From positions 704,001 through 768,000 of the forward strand of contig AP024596.1 in the NCBI GenBank assembly GCA_019704295.1: DNA of 64,000 nucleotides. The letters run 5' to 3'. A model generated the notes under the pieces. That model was given only the letters and a program-made list of their open reading frames with translations, was not told the origin of the DNA and made no database searches. Position 1 is the first letter of the stretch, and each line of letters begins with the position of its first letter. This DNA is from Sulfolobales archaeon HS-7. Its GTDB lineage: Archaea; Thermoproteota; Thermoprotei_A; Sulfolobales; Sulfolobaceae. Positions 35,020-46,183 of this stretch are shown here, in pieces. Both the position numbers and the translations under genes were made by a program.

Positions 35020-35160
35020 ACAATAATTATAATTGACAATGGAAACCTAAATCACCCGCGAGATCTCATGGATTCGGTATAAAAGCTATTTCGAAATAAT
35101 TTTATATGCATGAACTTAAAAACTTATTTAATTTAGTTCTCTATGTGAAATAAGATTAAT

Positions 35161-35213
35161 GATGATGAGCGTCGAGGTTATGAAGCAGAGATGATTTGTT
35201 TATTCCCGGCTGA
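35161..35213 (+). ncRNA. box C/D sRNA candidate
   Basis: ATGATGA...ATGA...AGATGA...CTGA over about 52 nt in intergenic DNA; D'/C' assignment ambiguous. Confidence 0.65.
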
Positions 35214-35390
35214 AAATTCTAATTCAATGGGAATATAAAATGTGTTATTCCCGATTATCCTACTCTCAATCTTTTACTTAGCAATGTTTTATCAACAATG
35301 ACTTTAAAATTCAATTATCTAAAAAATGCAGAAAGCAAGTCTCAATATGCCCAAGTTAGATTTCTAAACCATATCTTCCATATAGTTGGA

Positions 35391-35650
35391 GTTAACTACA
35401 TGGAGTCGCTTGGCCCTAAGGAGGCTTCTCACCTCATAGTAGCGATTTATTGTTTCTCAGTTCCACCCTGTCTAGAAGGCTTCACAGGACATTAGTGTAA
35501 CACCAAGAAGCGAACATGATAGTGCTCTGAAGACTGCGATTGTAGCACAGGCGTACCATATCGACCCTTATTAGGCGTCTTGGTCACGATTACTCTTTTA
35601 ATGATTGTCGTTAGGGTAGATGAGTCATTTTTGAATTTGAGGTTATACTT
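35391..35650 (-). mobile_element. degenerate MITE family B copy
   Basis: Shares ATCGACCC..TTAGGCGTC..TTACTCT and TTAGGGTAGATGAGTC with other copies; boundaries approximate. Confidence 0.65.
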
Positions 35651-35654
35651 TGTC

Positions 35655-36870
35655 AGACCTTAAAAACCGAGGTTATTAGTTTGTAAATCATAAACCTTAC
35701 AAAGTGTGATTCTTAGTGTTCCACAGAGTTAGGCGCGTTATGCAGAACCCCCATGAGGGATTTCCCCTCACCTGTATAGATTAATTAGTTGGGGAGAGTA
35801 ATACTCTCCAACTGGGAAACATGGTCGAGCCCTTGACTGAAGCAAAGTCTTCGAATGGGGGCGTGACAAATCCATCGGGCTTAACATTGTGATAATATTC
35901 ACGGGTGATAACGAGGTAAGGATCCTGGGAATAGATGTATCGAAAGAACATCTGGTAACGAGCAAGGGGAGGATAAGGAAATACGAGAACAACAAGGATA
36001 CGAGGAAATACTGAAAATGACCTTAAGGTAATAGTGGAACGGGAGTATACTCGATAAAACCTAGCGAGTACTTCAGGGAAAGGTACTGCAGGTAAGCCCG
36101 AACGTGTTATGGAGAAGGACTTGAGGGGAAACAGATTTTTACGATGCGGAAAAACTTGAAAGCATGCCAAATAAGGCTAGGGAATACGGTAACCCGTTGA
36201 GAGAGCTAGTAACGCTTTACTTCTTCCTAAAGCACTTGGAAGTATAAGAACAGGCTAAGGAGGGCGATTGATAAACGATAAGGAGAAAATAAGCAAGGGA
36301 CTGAGGAGTTCTCGAAGGGGAATTTCAACAAGTGTATTGGAGTACACGAATATGGTACTTGAGGAAATTCAGGTATTAGCCAAAGCACTACTGGAAACAA
36401 GCGAGAAAATGGAGTAAGTGGGGAAAAAGATACAATCGCTACTAGAAAACTACGTCTTACTAGCTATACCCGAAGCAGGAAGACTTTCCGCGGGAGTAAT
36501 AATTGGTTGAAGACGTTAAACGCTTTTCAAATCCTTCGTAGCTTACTGCGGAATCGAGTAGTTGAGAGGGCGGTAAGGCCATGGTGAGAAAGGGAATATC
36601 GAAGAGGGGGAAAAAGCACTTACGCAGCTTGTTCTGCTTCTTCGCCGAAATACTCTCGTAATCCCACTCTGCTCAAGTTTTACGAAACGCATGAACTTGT
36701 TGGCAGGAAGCTGTACATAGCGCTTGCGAGGAAATTAACGAGGGTTATTTGGAACGTTTAATACAATAATAACCCTTACGAGCCTAGGTGATCCTCCCCT
36801 AAATCGCCACATGGATTGAGAAATTCACGTGGCAATCTTAGTTAGCACTACGCTCGAAGTTAAATCGAAA
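35655..36870 (+). pseudogene. IS110-family element with decayed transposase
   Basis: ILGIDVSKEHL at the N-terminus; FVAYCG, GISKRG and ALARKL..IW in shifting frames with stops; boundaries approximate. Confidence 0.85.
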
Positions 36871-37116
36871 ATATTTATTACTGGATGCCCTCAAGGTCTG
36901 ATTAAGTATAGCTAAAAAGGTCTATTTATCCCTCACGGATCTTACGATCCTTCCGAACCCCCTGATAAGATAATCTCATTTTAGATATAGGGATTTCATC
37001 TTCATCAGTCTGCTACGTTAATCCTCCTTAGATAAAGGAGTAACGATTTGTTGTAAGAAAATGTATGGTTAGAGTATAGTCCCGTAAAGTTAAATTAACA
37101 TAGATATGAAACATAT

Positions 37117-37821
37117 ATGATGAACGTATTTAAAAAAATATCAGATATCCTAGAGTTCTACTTATACAATAGAAACGTTATAGGTATAGGTACTGGTAGA
37201 ACAATAACTAGTATACTAGAGGAATTAAAAAGATCTGAGCTTATGAGTAATAAGCTATTCGTTACCACATCCCTTGATTCCGAAATAAAACTCAGGGATT
37301 TTGGAGCTAGGGTATTGTCTATATCAGGTGTAAGCAAAGTCGACATATATATAGATAGTTTTGACATTTATCGTCAGAACGAGTTTCTCATTAAGGGAGG
37401 AGGGGGTGCATTCTTCAGGGAGAAGTTATTGGCTTCTATGAGTAAAGAAAATATATTCGTTGGTGATGAGAAAAAAAGAATAGTAAGTGATAAATATTAC
37501 GTGCCTATAGAAGTAATACCTTCAGCTCTTACCTTTGCGCTCGACACATTACGTAAAGAATTTAAAAATGTCGTCTTAAGGAGTTCTTCAGGTAAAATGG
37601 GACCAGTAATATCTGATAATGGCAACGTAATTATTGACGTCGAGATTTCAGGTGAAAAAATATGTAGTGCTGAATCTGAATTAAAGAAAATAATAGGAGT
37701 CGTGGAGACAGGTATATTTTGTACTCAGCTAATAGATAAGATAATATTATACAATGAGTTCGGACATCTCGAAATTATCGAGAAAAGCAGAAAGGGAATT
37801 AAACAGAGTTACTCCACTTAA
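37117..37821 (+). CDS. rpiA: ribose-5-phosphate isomerase A
   Basis: GIGTGRT, IKGGGGA..REK, GPVISDNGN, GVVETG. Confidence 0.95.
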   Translation: MMNVFKKISDILEFYLYNRNVIGIGTGRTITSILEELKRSELMSNKLFVTTSLDSEIKLRDFGARVLSISGVSKVDIYIDSFDIYRQNEFLIKGGGGAFFREKLLASMSKENIFVGDEKKRIVSDKYYVPIEVIPSALTFALDTLRKEFKNVVLRSSSGKMGPVISDNGNVIIDVEISGEKICSAESELKKIIGVVETGIFCTQLIDKIILYNEFGHLEIIEKSRKGIKQSYST

Positions 37822-38107
37822 AATAGAGATCAATGGAAAGGTCACTTCACTTTATATTCTAATCGGAAGAGAAAGGACTCATATAACAACGCCTTTTTCT
37901 TGTGACTGTGAGGACTTCAAGTATAATGTGATATATAGAGGTAAGAGAAGATTTTGCTACCATATGCTTTTACTTCAGCTTGCATTAGAAAAGGAAAGAA
38001 CTAAAATCATTTCTCTTACGATAGGAGATTTTATTAGTATATGTAATGAAATTAGTCATACAGGCAAGTCTTTATTACTTAATAGAAAGTTAAGAAATAT
38101 GGGATAG
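37754..38107 (+). CDS. SWIM zinc-finger protein
   Basis: CDCEDF...CYH. Confidence 0.75.
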   Translation: MSSDISKLSRKAERELNRVTPLKIEINGKVTSLYILIGRERTHITTPFSCDCEDFKYNVIYRGKRRFCYHMLLLQLALEKERTKIISLTIGDFISICNEISHTGKSLLLNRKLRNMG

Positions 38108-38231
38108 ATGACACCGCAATTGATAATTTATTTGATATTAATTATAATATTTATAGTAATAAGTGTATATTTAGTCTATAGTGAATTCTTGACACCGAAT
38201 AAAATAAAAGTAAAGAGTAAGGTAGAGAGAT

Positions 38232-38537
38232 ATGGGCGGGAGGAAAAAAAGAAAGCAAAAAGTAGTTAGACCTAAACCCACGGTACCAAAGACATTTCAA
38301 TGCCCCCGTTGCGGACGATTATCTATTTCAATAAAAATAAAAAAGGGTATAGCTGAGATTCGTTGTGGCAGTTGTAAGCTAAAAACTGCTTTCGCAGTAC
38401 CGCCTGTGTATAAGGAAGTTGACGCTTATGGAAAATTTATTGATGGATACACAGAGGGGAGTCTAGAGATAACTGAAATGAGAGAGGATGAATATGAAGG
38501 GGAAAGTGGAGAAATATCTAGAGAAACTGAGGAGTGA
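38232..38537 (+). CDS. elf1: transcription elongation factor Elf1
   Basis: MGGRKK, F.CPRC, CGSC, VDAYGKFID. Confidence 0.9.
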   Translation: MGGRKKRKQKVVRPKPTVPKTFQCPRCGRLSISIKIKKGIAEIRCGSCKLKTAFAVPPVYKEVDAYGKFIDGYTEGSLEITEMREDEYEGESGEISRETEE

Positions 38538-39243
38538 AGGCGAATCCATTCACTTCTCTTTAATTGATCCTGAAAAACTTCCTCATGATCTAGAGAAGGT
38601 TGCAAAGCAGCTTTACAATAGCGGTACTTCAGCTTTCTTAGTTGGAGGTACTTTGGGGGTCACACATGAGATATTCCAATACGTTCTTGATGTATTAGGA
38701 GATTTCGACATACCTAAAATAATATTCCCTAGTAATACCAATTTAGTAGATTCTAAGGCTGACGCGATTCTCTTTATGTCGCTACTGAATTCTGACGATT
38801 TATACTTCGTCGTAGGAGCACAAGTATATAGCTCACTTATGGTTAAGAAGCTGGGTTTAGAGGCTCTTCCTACAGCTTACTTAATAATAGGGAATGGGGG
38901 TACGGCTTCCCATATAGGAAAAGCTAGACCAATCCCTTTCGATAACTACGTTCTAGCTTCTGCATATGCGTCTGCCGCCGAACTGTTAGGCATGAGGTAT
39001 ATTTATTTAGAGGCGGGTTCAGGATCACCAGAGACCGTAAGACCAGAGATGATAAAATCTATAAAAAGCGTAGTACCAAACGCCTATTTAATCGTGGGAG
39101 GAGGAATTAGGAGTGAAGATAAGGCCATCTCAGTTACAGAGGCAGGCGCTGATATAATTGTTACCGGAAACCTGATCGAGGAAAACATTGATAAAGCAGT
39201 AAGTATAATAGAGAGAATAAGGAAAGTTAAAAAGAGGGTGTGA
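38488..39243 (+). CDS. geranylgeranylglyceryl phosphate synthase
   Basis: LIDPEK, LVGGT, SLLNS, YLEAGSG, VGGGIR, VTGN. Confidence 0.95.
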   Translation: MNMKGKVEKYLEKLRSEGESIHFSLIDPEKLPHDLEKVAKQLYNSGTSAFLVGGTLGVTHEIFQYVLDVLGDFDIPKIIFPSNTNLVDSKADAILFMSLLNSDDLYFVVGAQVYSSLMVKKLGLEALPTAYLIIGNGGTASHIGKARPIPFDNYVLASAYASAAELLGMRYIYLEAGSGSPETVRPEMIKSIKSVVPNAYLIVGGGIRSEDKAISVTEAGADIIVTGNLIEENIDKAVSIIERIRKVKKRV

Positions 39244-39250
39244 AGTCAAA

Positions 39251-39421
39251 ATGCCGTCTAAGAAGAAAAAGGAAAATATTCCAGTTGCAAGTATGGCAGG
39301 TTTAATAAGATATTACGAGGAGGAAAAAGAAGTTATAAAAGTGAGTCCGACCGTAGTAATTGTAGCGTCAATAGCGGTAGTAGTAGTTGTAGCGATATTA
39401 TCGAAGATTTTACCAATATAG
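39251..39421 (+). CDS. secG: preprotein translocase Sec61 beta
   Basis: Manual translation MPSKKKKENIPVASMAGLIRYYEEEKEVIKVSP followed by a TM helix. Confidence 0.93.
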   Translation: MPSKKKKENIPVASMAGLIRYYEEEKEVIKVSPTVVIVASIAVVVVVAILSKILPI

Positions 39422-39433
39422 GTGAGATCCTAG

Positions 39434-40033
39434 TTGTTCACTCCCCGGGGAAGAGATATTAAAAGATTAAGGGAAAAGCTAGGTATTTCACAAACAGAGC
39501 TTGCAAAACGTGTAGGTATTTCCCAATCTTTCATAGCTAAAATAGAAAATGAAAAAATAGATCCTAGATTATCAACTATAAATAGAATCCTGGAAGAACT
39601 TCTAAATAATCTTTCGTTCTCGGAAACTGTGGAAAAAGTTATGAAAAGTCCAGTTATCTCCGCAACGGATAACGAATCCTTACCTCATGTATTTGAACTA
39701 ATGGAAAAAAACAACATATCTCAGTTACCGGTTATAGACAGTAATGGAATAATAAAAGGTATGATATACGACTATGTGATACTAAGAAAGGTGATATCAA
39801 AGGATCCTTTATCCCTAAAGGCAAAGGACGTTATGATTCAGCCTCCCCCATTGCTTAGAAGGACAACCCCTATAGAAGCGGCTATGAAAACATTAACCAA
39901 AAACCAGGTAGTCGTAGTTATAGATGATAAAATGAGACCAATAGGGATAATTACTAGGAGCGATATAATTAAGTATAAAATGTATACTACAAATAGTATA
40001 TTGTGGGCCGCGGAGGAACCCAACGGGATTTAA
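39434..40033 (+). CDS. XRE-HTH + CBS-pair regulator
   Basis: ISQTELA..GISQSFIAKIE, ISQLPV, GIITRSD. Confidence 0.9.
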   Translation: MFTPRGRDIKRLREKLGISQTELAKRVGISQSFIAKIENEKIDPRLSTINRILEELLNNLSFSETVEKVMKSPVISATDNESLPHVFELMEKNNISQLPVIDSNGIIKGMIYDYVILRKVISKDPLSLKAKDVMIQPPPLLRRTTPIEAAMKTLTKNQVVVVIDDKMRPIGIITRSDIIKYKMYTTNSILWAAEEPNGI

Positions 40034-40308
40034 CCCTGAGGAAATACCAGCCTCCCGCAGCAAGGGAGTCCTAACTAGGACATATGAAGAACATATGGCA
40101 ACTACAAAGAAAATTCCTCATAACCTCCGATGAGAATGATACGGTAGTTAAGGGAGCGATTCCTTAACGAAGTGGAGAGGAGGTTAGTAGAGTTGAAAAG
40201 TAGACCTCCCTGGAGCAAGGGGAAGATCTGTGAAAGGCTGTCGAGATCTTCCGTTTCCGCTTAGTCAAATGGTTCCTACGACAAAAGCTGGATTATGCCG
40301 CGGCCCAC
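40003..40308 (+). ncRNA. rnpB: RNase P RNA
   Basis: P1 GTGGGCCGCGG/CCGCGGCCCAC; GAGGAAATACCAGC (CR-I), GTTGAAA, GGAGCAAG, CTTAG..ATG and ACAAAAGCTGGATTA (CR-V). Confidence 0.93.
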
Positions 40309-40611
40309 TATGAAATAATGCATTTAGTGCTTTGTGTACTTTATAGGGTAAAACGTCAAAATTTTTCCTCTTCAAACATCGTCCTTGAATACGGTTAATA
40401 CTGAAAGTAGTAAAGGAGTTTTGATCTTTAGAGTACAAAGAAATACAATGTTATGATAAAGGAAGTATCGAGGGAGACAAGTACTTACGCAGTTTAATTC
40501 TCGTTATAGGGATGAATTACTTTAGTAGCTTCAAGTTTTTGAAACATGTAACCTTTCGGGAAGTTGTGCTGCACTTAGTAGGAGGGTTGAGAACAGTAAG
40601 GATTTAATATG

Positions 40612-40927
40612 GCAAACTTACCTTGCCTTAACGGGACTTTCCACCTCATTGTAGGGATTTCCTGGTTCCTACCCAGCCTTGCCCAAAGCACTTCATAAGC
40701 ACTAGGGGTCGTACCTTGAAGTTAATTTGGCGTTGATATCCCACATGGGACTCCTAATTGGAGAAGAGACGTATCACATAGATCCTTGCTTAGGCATCTC
40801 AGCGAAGCTTACTCTATCTATGAGTTTTATTAGGGTAGATGAGTCCTTTTTTCCATATTTTAGACTAACTACAAAGGGACTATCCATCTTTTTTGGGTCT
40901 TCCGCCTTCTTTGAACCCCCATTGAAG
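40612..40927 (-). mobile_element. MITE family B copy (about 320 bp, SMN1-like architecture)
   Basis: Left end TTTAT|CTTCAATGGGGGTTCAAAGAAGGCGGAAGACCC identical to copies 1 and 2; IS605-type right end. Confidence 0.8.
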
Positions 40928-40980
40928 ATAAAGGAAAACTAAAGCCTCTTATAGTAGGGAAGTCGTTTTATATTGCCCTT

Positions 40981-41778
40981 TTATATTGCCCTAGACACCC
41001 CACCATCCACAACTATATACGTTCCAGTTATATAGTCCCCATACTCAGAGGATAAATAAGTTATCAATTTTCCTATATGTTTTTCAGGTTTGCCTAATTT
41101 CCCTACCGGGATAGGATCCACTACCATTTCTTTCCAAACCTCACTAAAAGGCCTTCCAATTTTAGTAGAATATTTCCGTAAATTTTCTACAGCACCTGTA
41201 GTTTCAAATGAGCCCATAAGGATTGTGTTAACTGTAATTCCATGCCTTCCAAGTTCTCTTGATAAGAGTTTAGTTAATTGAAGTAAGGGTGCTCTAGAAA
41301 CATCGGCTAAAACAAATATGTCGTGTGGCTCTTTTACTGTATAAGATGACAGGAAAAAGATTCTCCCCCAGCCTCTTTTAATCATATAAGGAGTGATTAG
41401 CTTAACTAATTTAATAGAACTTAACAGATAGAGGTGTATAGAATACTCCCATTCATTAATGTCGTTCTCGAAGAAAGTCGAGGGCTCAGATGGTGGATTC
41501 CCTGAATTAACCACCAGAATATCGATTCCCCCCATTTGGCTAAGTGCAGTATTAACTAATTTGTCTATAGAAGCCATGTTAGTCAAATCTACAGTATCTC
41601 CCCATACATTTTCGTTAAAATTTTTGAGTTCCTTAACTGTTTCTATAACCCTATCTAGGTTTCTACTGGATACAAATATGTAGGCGCCTTCCATTGCAAG
41701 ACTTTTCGCTACCCCTTTCCCTATGCCGCTTGTAGATGCCGTAACAAGGATTTTTTTCCCCTTAATATCAACTATCAT
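40981..41778 (-). CDS. SDR-family oxidoreductase (atypical)
   Basis: VTASTSGIG, LVVNSG, WGRI, YITG..IVVDGG. Confidence 0.9.
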   Translation of the reverse strand: MIVDIKGKKILVTASTSGIGKGVAKSLAMEGAYIFVSSRNLDRVIETVKELKNFNENVWGDTVDLTNMASIDKLVNTALSQMGGIDILVVNSGNPPSEPSTFFENDINEWEYSIHLYLLSSIKLVKLITPYMIKRGWGRIFFLSSYTVKEPHDIFVLADVSRAPLLQLTKLLSRELGRHGITVNTILMGSFETTGAVENLRKYSTKIGRPFSEVWKEMVVDPIPVGKLGKPEKHIGKLITYLSSEYGDYITGTYIVVDGGVSRAI

Positions 41779-42255
41779 TAATACGTTTCAGCGTTCTTTA
41801 TACAATTTAATTTTTTCCTTTAACGTGAAGCGGGGACATTAATGACCAGTCATAAAAGTTAACAAAAATTGGGAGGTTAGGGGGTGAAAAGTCTCGCCGA
41901 TGGAATAGTTCCTTTATTCTTATATACTTCTTCAAATTAAGAGATGTAATACCGACTCGATGTGTGAATTGTGAACCTCCTGGAAGGGAACTCTCGCCTC
42001 TTCTATAGGGGCAATGGAAGTTAGTATGTAAGCTGTATATACTACTTCTTGAGTTCCGCTCTATTTACGTGAAAATCGGTTTATACAGTCTTCGTAACTG
42101 TAATTGGAGCATACTTTTCCTTATATGGAGAGACAAAGCATTATTACATTAAAGTAATTTAGAAAACGAAGAAAATTATATATCTATATTTTTATAATAG
42201 TTAATAATATTTACCAAACTTGAGTTACAAGCAACAATAAATCTAAAAGATATTG

Positions 42256-44088
42256 CTAACCGTTAGAGCCTTTATTTAAGCATATCTTATCTTTATCTAT
42301 CTTTACTATTCCCTGCTTTACCCTTTCTTCCATTATAGCTTCAAGAACATCTCTCTCGAAACCTGTTTCATTAATGTTTATGCACCCTTTTTGTTGTAAT
42401 TCTTCCATTAGCCTGGTAGTAACTAGATCAAAGATGTCAGCTATCTGGACTATTTTCTCAACAGTATGATAATACTCCGACGCTCGTTTTAATTCGAATA
42501 CATACGGCTTTATCTCACCTATTTTAACACAAGGTGGTTTTTCCGAATCCAATATTGAAGTTATCAGTGTCAAAGTTGAAAGATAATTCTTTGATAACTC
42601 GGTCGGCAGTTTACTGTACACTTGCTCTAACTTACCTATAGCGTATTTTATCATGTCATTGATGAATATTATAAAAGATGTTCCCTTATAGATCTTTGAT
42701 AATGGAAGGGTCTCTATGTTAAACTCCGTTCTTAGAGTGTTTACCTTTGTCTGCTCCTCTATGTTAGTTATTGATTGTAACGAATCATATATACTATACG
42801 CGTTACTAACACATTCCTCAATAACTGGCTCGTTTTTTTCTATCATCTCTTTAATAGTATTCAGAATCTTCAAAGAATCAACGTACTCTTTATATTCCTC
42901 ATTACACCCTATTGCTGACTTAAGGACGTCTATAAGCGTTTTATACTCGTTACTTATATTTCTTGTGAAAACTTCCTCTACCTGATCTACTTTCTCGACT
43001 ATTGAAGATGCTTCTTTTAATGTAGATACTTTATATATTTCCACTTCAACTATGTTCTTTATTCCAATATTCTTAGCAATCTCAGCCCTATCCTTTAATG
43101 ATACAGATATGGTAAATACGTAATTATTGAAGTATGATAGTAAATCGCTCTCTATTTTATCATACTCCTCGCTAACTTCTTTGATACAATCGATTTTATC
43201 ACACTTTTCTAACTGATCGATTAATTTGCTTACGCTGTCTTTATACTTATCTATTTGAAACCGTGGATTGCTTATTTTATTCTCTAAGTTGTTAATAGTT
43301 GCCAGCATGTTTGTAATTTTTTCATTAATTTCTGTTTTCTTTTTATCCAATTCTTGATCCCTCTTAACTCTCTGAATGTAGTTGACATATGCATCAGGAA
43401 CTTCACCAATTAAGGCAGCTATCATAGACGCTGATAATGCAACAATAAAATTATTAGATATAATATAAATTGAGATAAAAATAGGGACTAAACCAATAAG
43501 GCTTAGATAAGACTTAAGCAAAGAAAAAATTATTATTGACGCAAAAATAGAGATTATAAATATAATAAATATAATAAGTTTAAGTGAAAATAAAAGATAC
43601 ATAAAAGGCACTAGTGATAACAGCGCATTATAAATTCTGTCCTTAACGGAGTATGAAAAAGGTAGGGTTAGGAAGTGAAATGGATATCCGCTTAAAGTTA
43701 AGATGACAGCTTCGCCTGCAAGAGAAGCCTGAGGTTTATTTAATGCGATCAGTACAATAGGTATAATTATACATAAAATTTGAAATATAATACTGCTAAT
43801 AAATAAAAAGGAGGTATAGGATGTAATTATATTTGTTTTTAAATTATATATTAAATAATACACTTCTTTAACGTCGTATATTGCTATGAGTATTGGAGTT
43901 AGTATTCGAAAAAAAGGATAGCTTAATATTATAACAATTATCCAAACTAATACTGAAAATAAACCCAATTCAGTTTGAATAACAGGATATTCTTTTAATA
44001 TATTTAGTGTGAAGAAAAAGTTTAGTATAATAAATAATATTCTTATTTCTATTTTTTTAAGATCGCTATCCGCAATAGATAAAGGCAC
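42256..44088 (-). CDS. membrane protein with long helical/coiled-coil C-terminal region
   Basis: About 230-aa multi-TM N-terminus, then charged helical sequence. Confidence 0.75.
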   Translation of the reverse strand: MPLSIADSDLKKIEIRILFIILNFFFTLNILKEYPVIQTELGLFSVLVWIIVIILSYPFFRILTPILIAIYDVKEVYYLIYNLKTNIITSYTSFLFISSIIFQILCIIIPIVLIALNKPQASLAGEAVILTLSGYPFHFLTLPFSYSVKDRIYNALLSLVPFMYLLFSLKLIIFIIFIISIFASIIIFSLLKSYLSLIGLVPIFISIYIISNNFIVALSASMIAALIGEVPDAYVNYIQRVKRDQELDKKKTEINEKITNMLATINNLENKISNPRFQIDKYKDSVSKLIDQLEKCDKIDCIKEVSEEYDKIESDLLSYFNNYVFTISVSLKDRAEIAKNIGIKNIVEVEIYKVSTLKEASSIVEKVDQVEEVFTRNISNEYKTLIDVLKSAIGCNEEYKEYVDSLKILNTIKEMIEKNEPVIEECVSNAYSIYDSLQSITNIEEQTKVNTLRTEFNIETLPLSKIYKGTSFIIFINDMIKYAIGKLEQVYSKLPTELSKNYLSTLTLITSILDSEKPPCVKIGEIKPYVFELKRASEYYHTVEKIVQIADIFDLVTTRLMEELQQKGCININETGFERDVLEAIMEERVKQGIVKIDKDKICLNKGSNG

Positions 44089-44119
44089 AAAACTATTGCT
44101 TCTGATATCAAAATAAGTT

Positions 44120-44899
44120 TTATTGTGTAATTCTAGAGTTCAGTTCAGCCGTAAGCTTTTCTGAGGAGATTACCCTATTCCATATCTCATCATAATTATC
44201 AAAAAGGTATTGGTAAGCGTCCTTGATCCTTTTCATTACTATAGTATCGGAAAGGGGGTATATCCTTAAACCTACTCTTCCCACCGCCCCACTACTTATC
44301 ATCATCCAATGAGAGAAAATCTCTAGCGGATAGAGACGCTTGATGTCATAGGCACCCAATGGAACGGAATATAGCCAATATAATTCCCTTACAAAATTTG
44401 TAACAATATTTCTAATTAATGATGGTTTCCATTTTTCAAATATTTCATTACTATGTTCTTTTACATATTTAACTATTTCTTCATACTTTTTATTGCCTTG
44501 AGGATCCGATGCTAATCCGGTAATAGCTAAAACGAAGTCCTTTTGTTCCAAGAGCGATAATAAATTTCCAGATACGTACAACCAACAGCTTGCAGCAAAC
44601 GAGTCGAATATTCCCTCCTCCATTTTCTGAATTGCCTCCTCTATAGTCACTGTGTTAGTGTGAACAGTGCCTTTTATTATAACCTCCTTCAACTCATCGA
44701 AGTTTACCTTCCCGCTCCATATCAATTTCCCATTTATGAATACCGAAGGAGTAGATAGAACACCCCTTTCAAAAGCTATAAAGGGATATTGCTCAGTATT
44801 TACCAGCTTGATTTTATCTATAAGTCCCTCTTCCTTTAACATTGATAAAAGAATAGCGCATTCAGAACACTTACTATGGGTAAATATTTCTATTTCCAT
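44120..44899 (-). CDS. thioredoxin/glutaredoxin-fold protein
   Basis: FTH..CSEC and GVLSTPSVFING. Confidence 0.8.
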   Translation of the reverse strand: MEIEIFTHSKCSECAILLSMLKEEGLIDKIKLVNTEQYPFIAFERGVLSTPSVFINGKLIWSGKVNFDELKEVIIKGTVHTNTVTIEEAIQKMEEGIFDSFAASCWLYVSGNLLSLLEQKDFVLAITGLASDPQGNKKYEEIVKYVKEHSNEIFEKWKPSLIRNIVTNFVRELYWLYSVPLGAYDIKRLYPLEIFSHWMMISSGAVGRVGLRIYPLSDTIVMKRIKDAYQYLFDNYDEIWNRVISSEKLTAELNSRITQ

Positions 44900-45063
44900 A
44901 TATATGCTTACGATATAGCCCCAAAATAAAAGCTAACTACTATTAATTGAAGGGTCGTCCACGCGTTTATTGCAAATTATAATATTCTTGATTAAATTAG
45001 TATAGTTAAGCGTGTAATAATCCAGATATATACCAAGTAGTGCGAGGAATAAGAGTGACTGTA

Positions 45064-45620
45064 CAGTCTTATTTCACCAAAAAATCTCACGGTTGTAAGC
45101 TAATATTAGCGTAATTTCTATATAAAATAGGATTAAGTCAACTCAAAAAGCGTGACAATATGACATGTTTAGTCAAGATAATGAATATTTTACGAGTTAA
45201 GACTGAATCACATAAGAAATTCTGAATTTATCTCATCAGTTCAAAACGAGATATATATTCCACCCTCTTACTTACTCAAAAATCCGCTAGAGGAGGTCAA
45301 CGAACTCGTTAAAAATTATGGGCTTCTCTCCTGGTGCCTTGAAGTTAAACGAGAGGAAGTTATGTAAGTTACAGACTATGTCGGGAAGCGTGTAGATCAG
45401 GTGGAGGAAGAGCTTGTTCCTAAACCTCCTGATGAGTTCTATCCTCGCTTTCCTCGTCTTGAACCACCTTCTACACCACAACTTATATGTCTCGGTTAAG
45501 CCATAAGGATCTTCCTTAATGTTAGACATAAAGACGAAGTGTGTTGGTTTACCCTTGTGTTTCACATAAATTACGTCGTGATAGTAGAGTCTTTCGTAGT
45601 CTACCACTCCATAAGTAACA
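45064..45620 (-). pseudogene. truncated second copy of the ISH3-like element
   Basis: TIR CAGTCTTATTTCACCAA plus a transposase C-terminus homologous to 33617-34200. Confidence 0.85.
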
Positions 45621-45634
45621 TAAGTTATGTCTTC

Positions 45635-45815
45635 AACCTTCCATGGCGAAAATACGTAGCACTAGAGACGAGAATAACGAGTCCCTACAATGGTTTAGTC
45701 TTAAGAGGTGCAAGTTTGCTAAGAGCAAGAACGTCAAGAAATACAACGTTATCTAGGTACCGTTCTCGACACGTTGTTCCCATAGCTGTGTTTGAGGCGA
45801 AGCGTGTAGTGGCTT
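45635..45815 (+). repeat. repeat family C copy 1
   Basis: Aligns with 51608-51790 (GTAGCACTAG, GAGAATAACGAGTC, AAGAGCAAGAACGTCAA, TGTTCCCATAGCT). Confidence 0.75.
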
Positions 45816-46183
45816 GAAAAATTCGAGATTAGTTCTGAGTACACTTAATAAACTAATTTTATATTACTTCCCTATTAGTAATTAAGCGAATTTAATTCTA
45901 GAAAGACGCACTTTATAACTCTTTAGTTTATTTAGTTATTCAAATTAATTACATACTGGACATCATCATATGTATAGTGTGAAAAAGTGCGGTAAACCCT
46001 GTACGTCAATGCTGAATGAAGTTTCCTCTCCCTTTAATGTCTGACCAAGTATAATGTTTAAAAAATGTATCGTCTCAGTTATTGAAATTCCTTATTAAGC
46101 TCATTCTTATAATCAATGCGAGATGAATGTTTAAATCTAAACTTAACTAACTTTAAAGGTTTTAATCCGCTACATCTATATTC

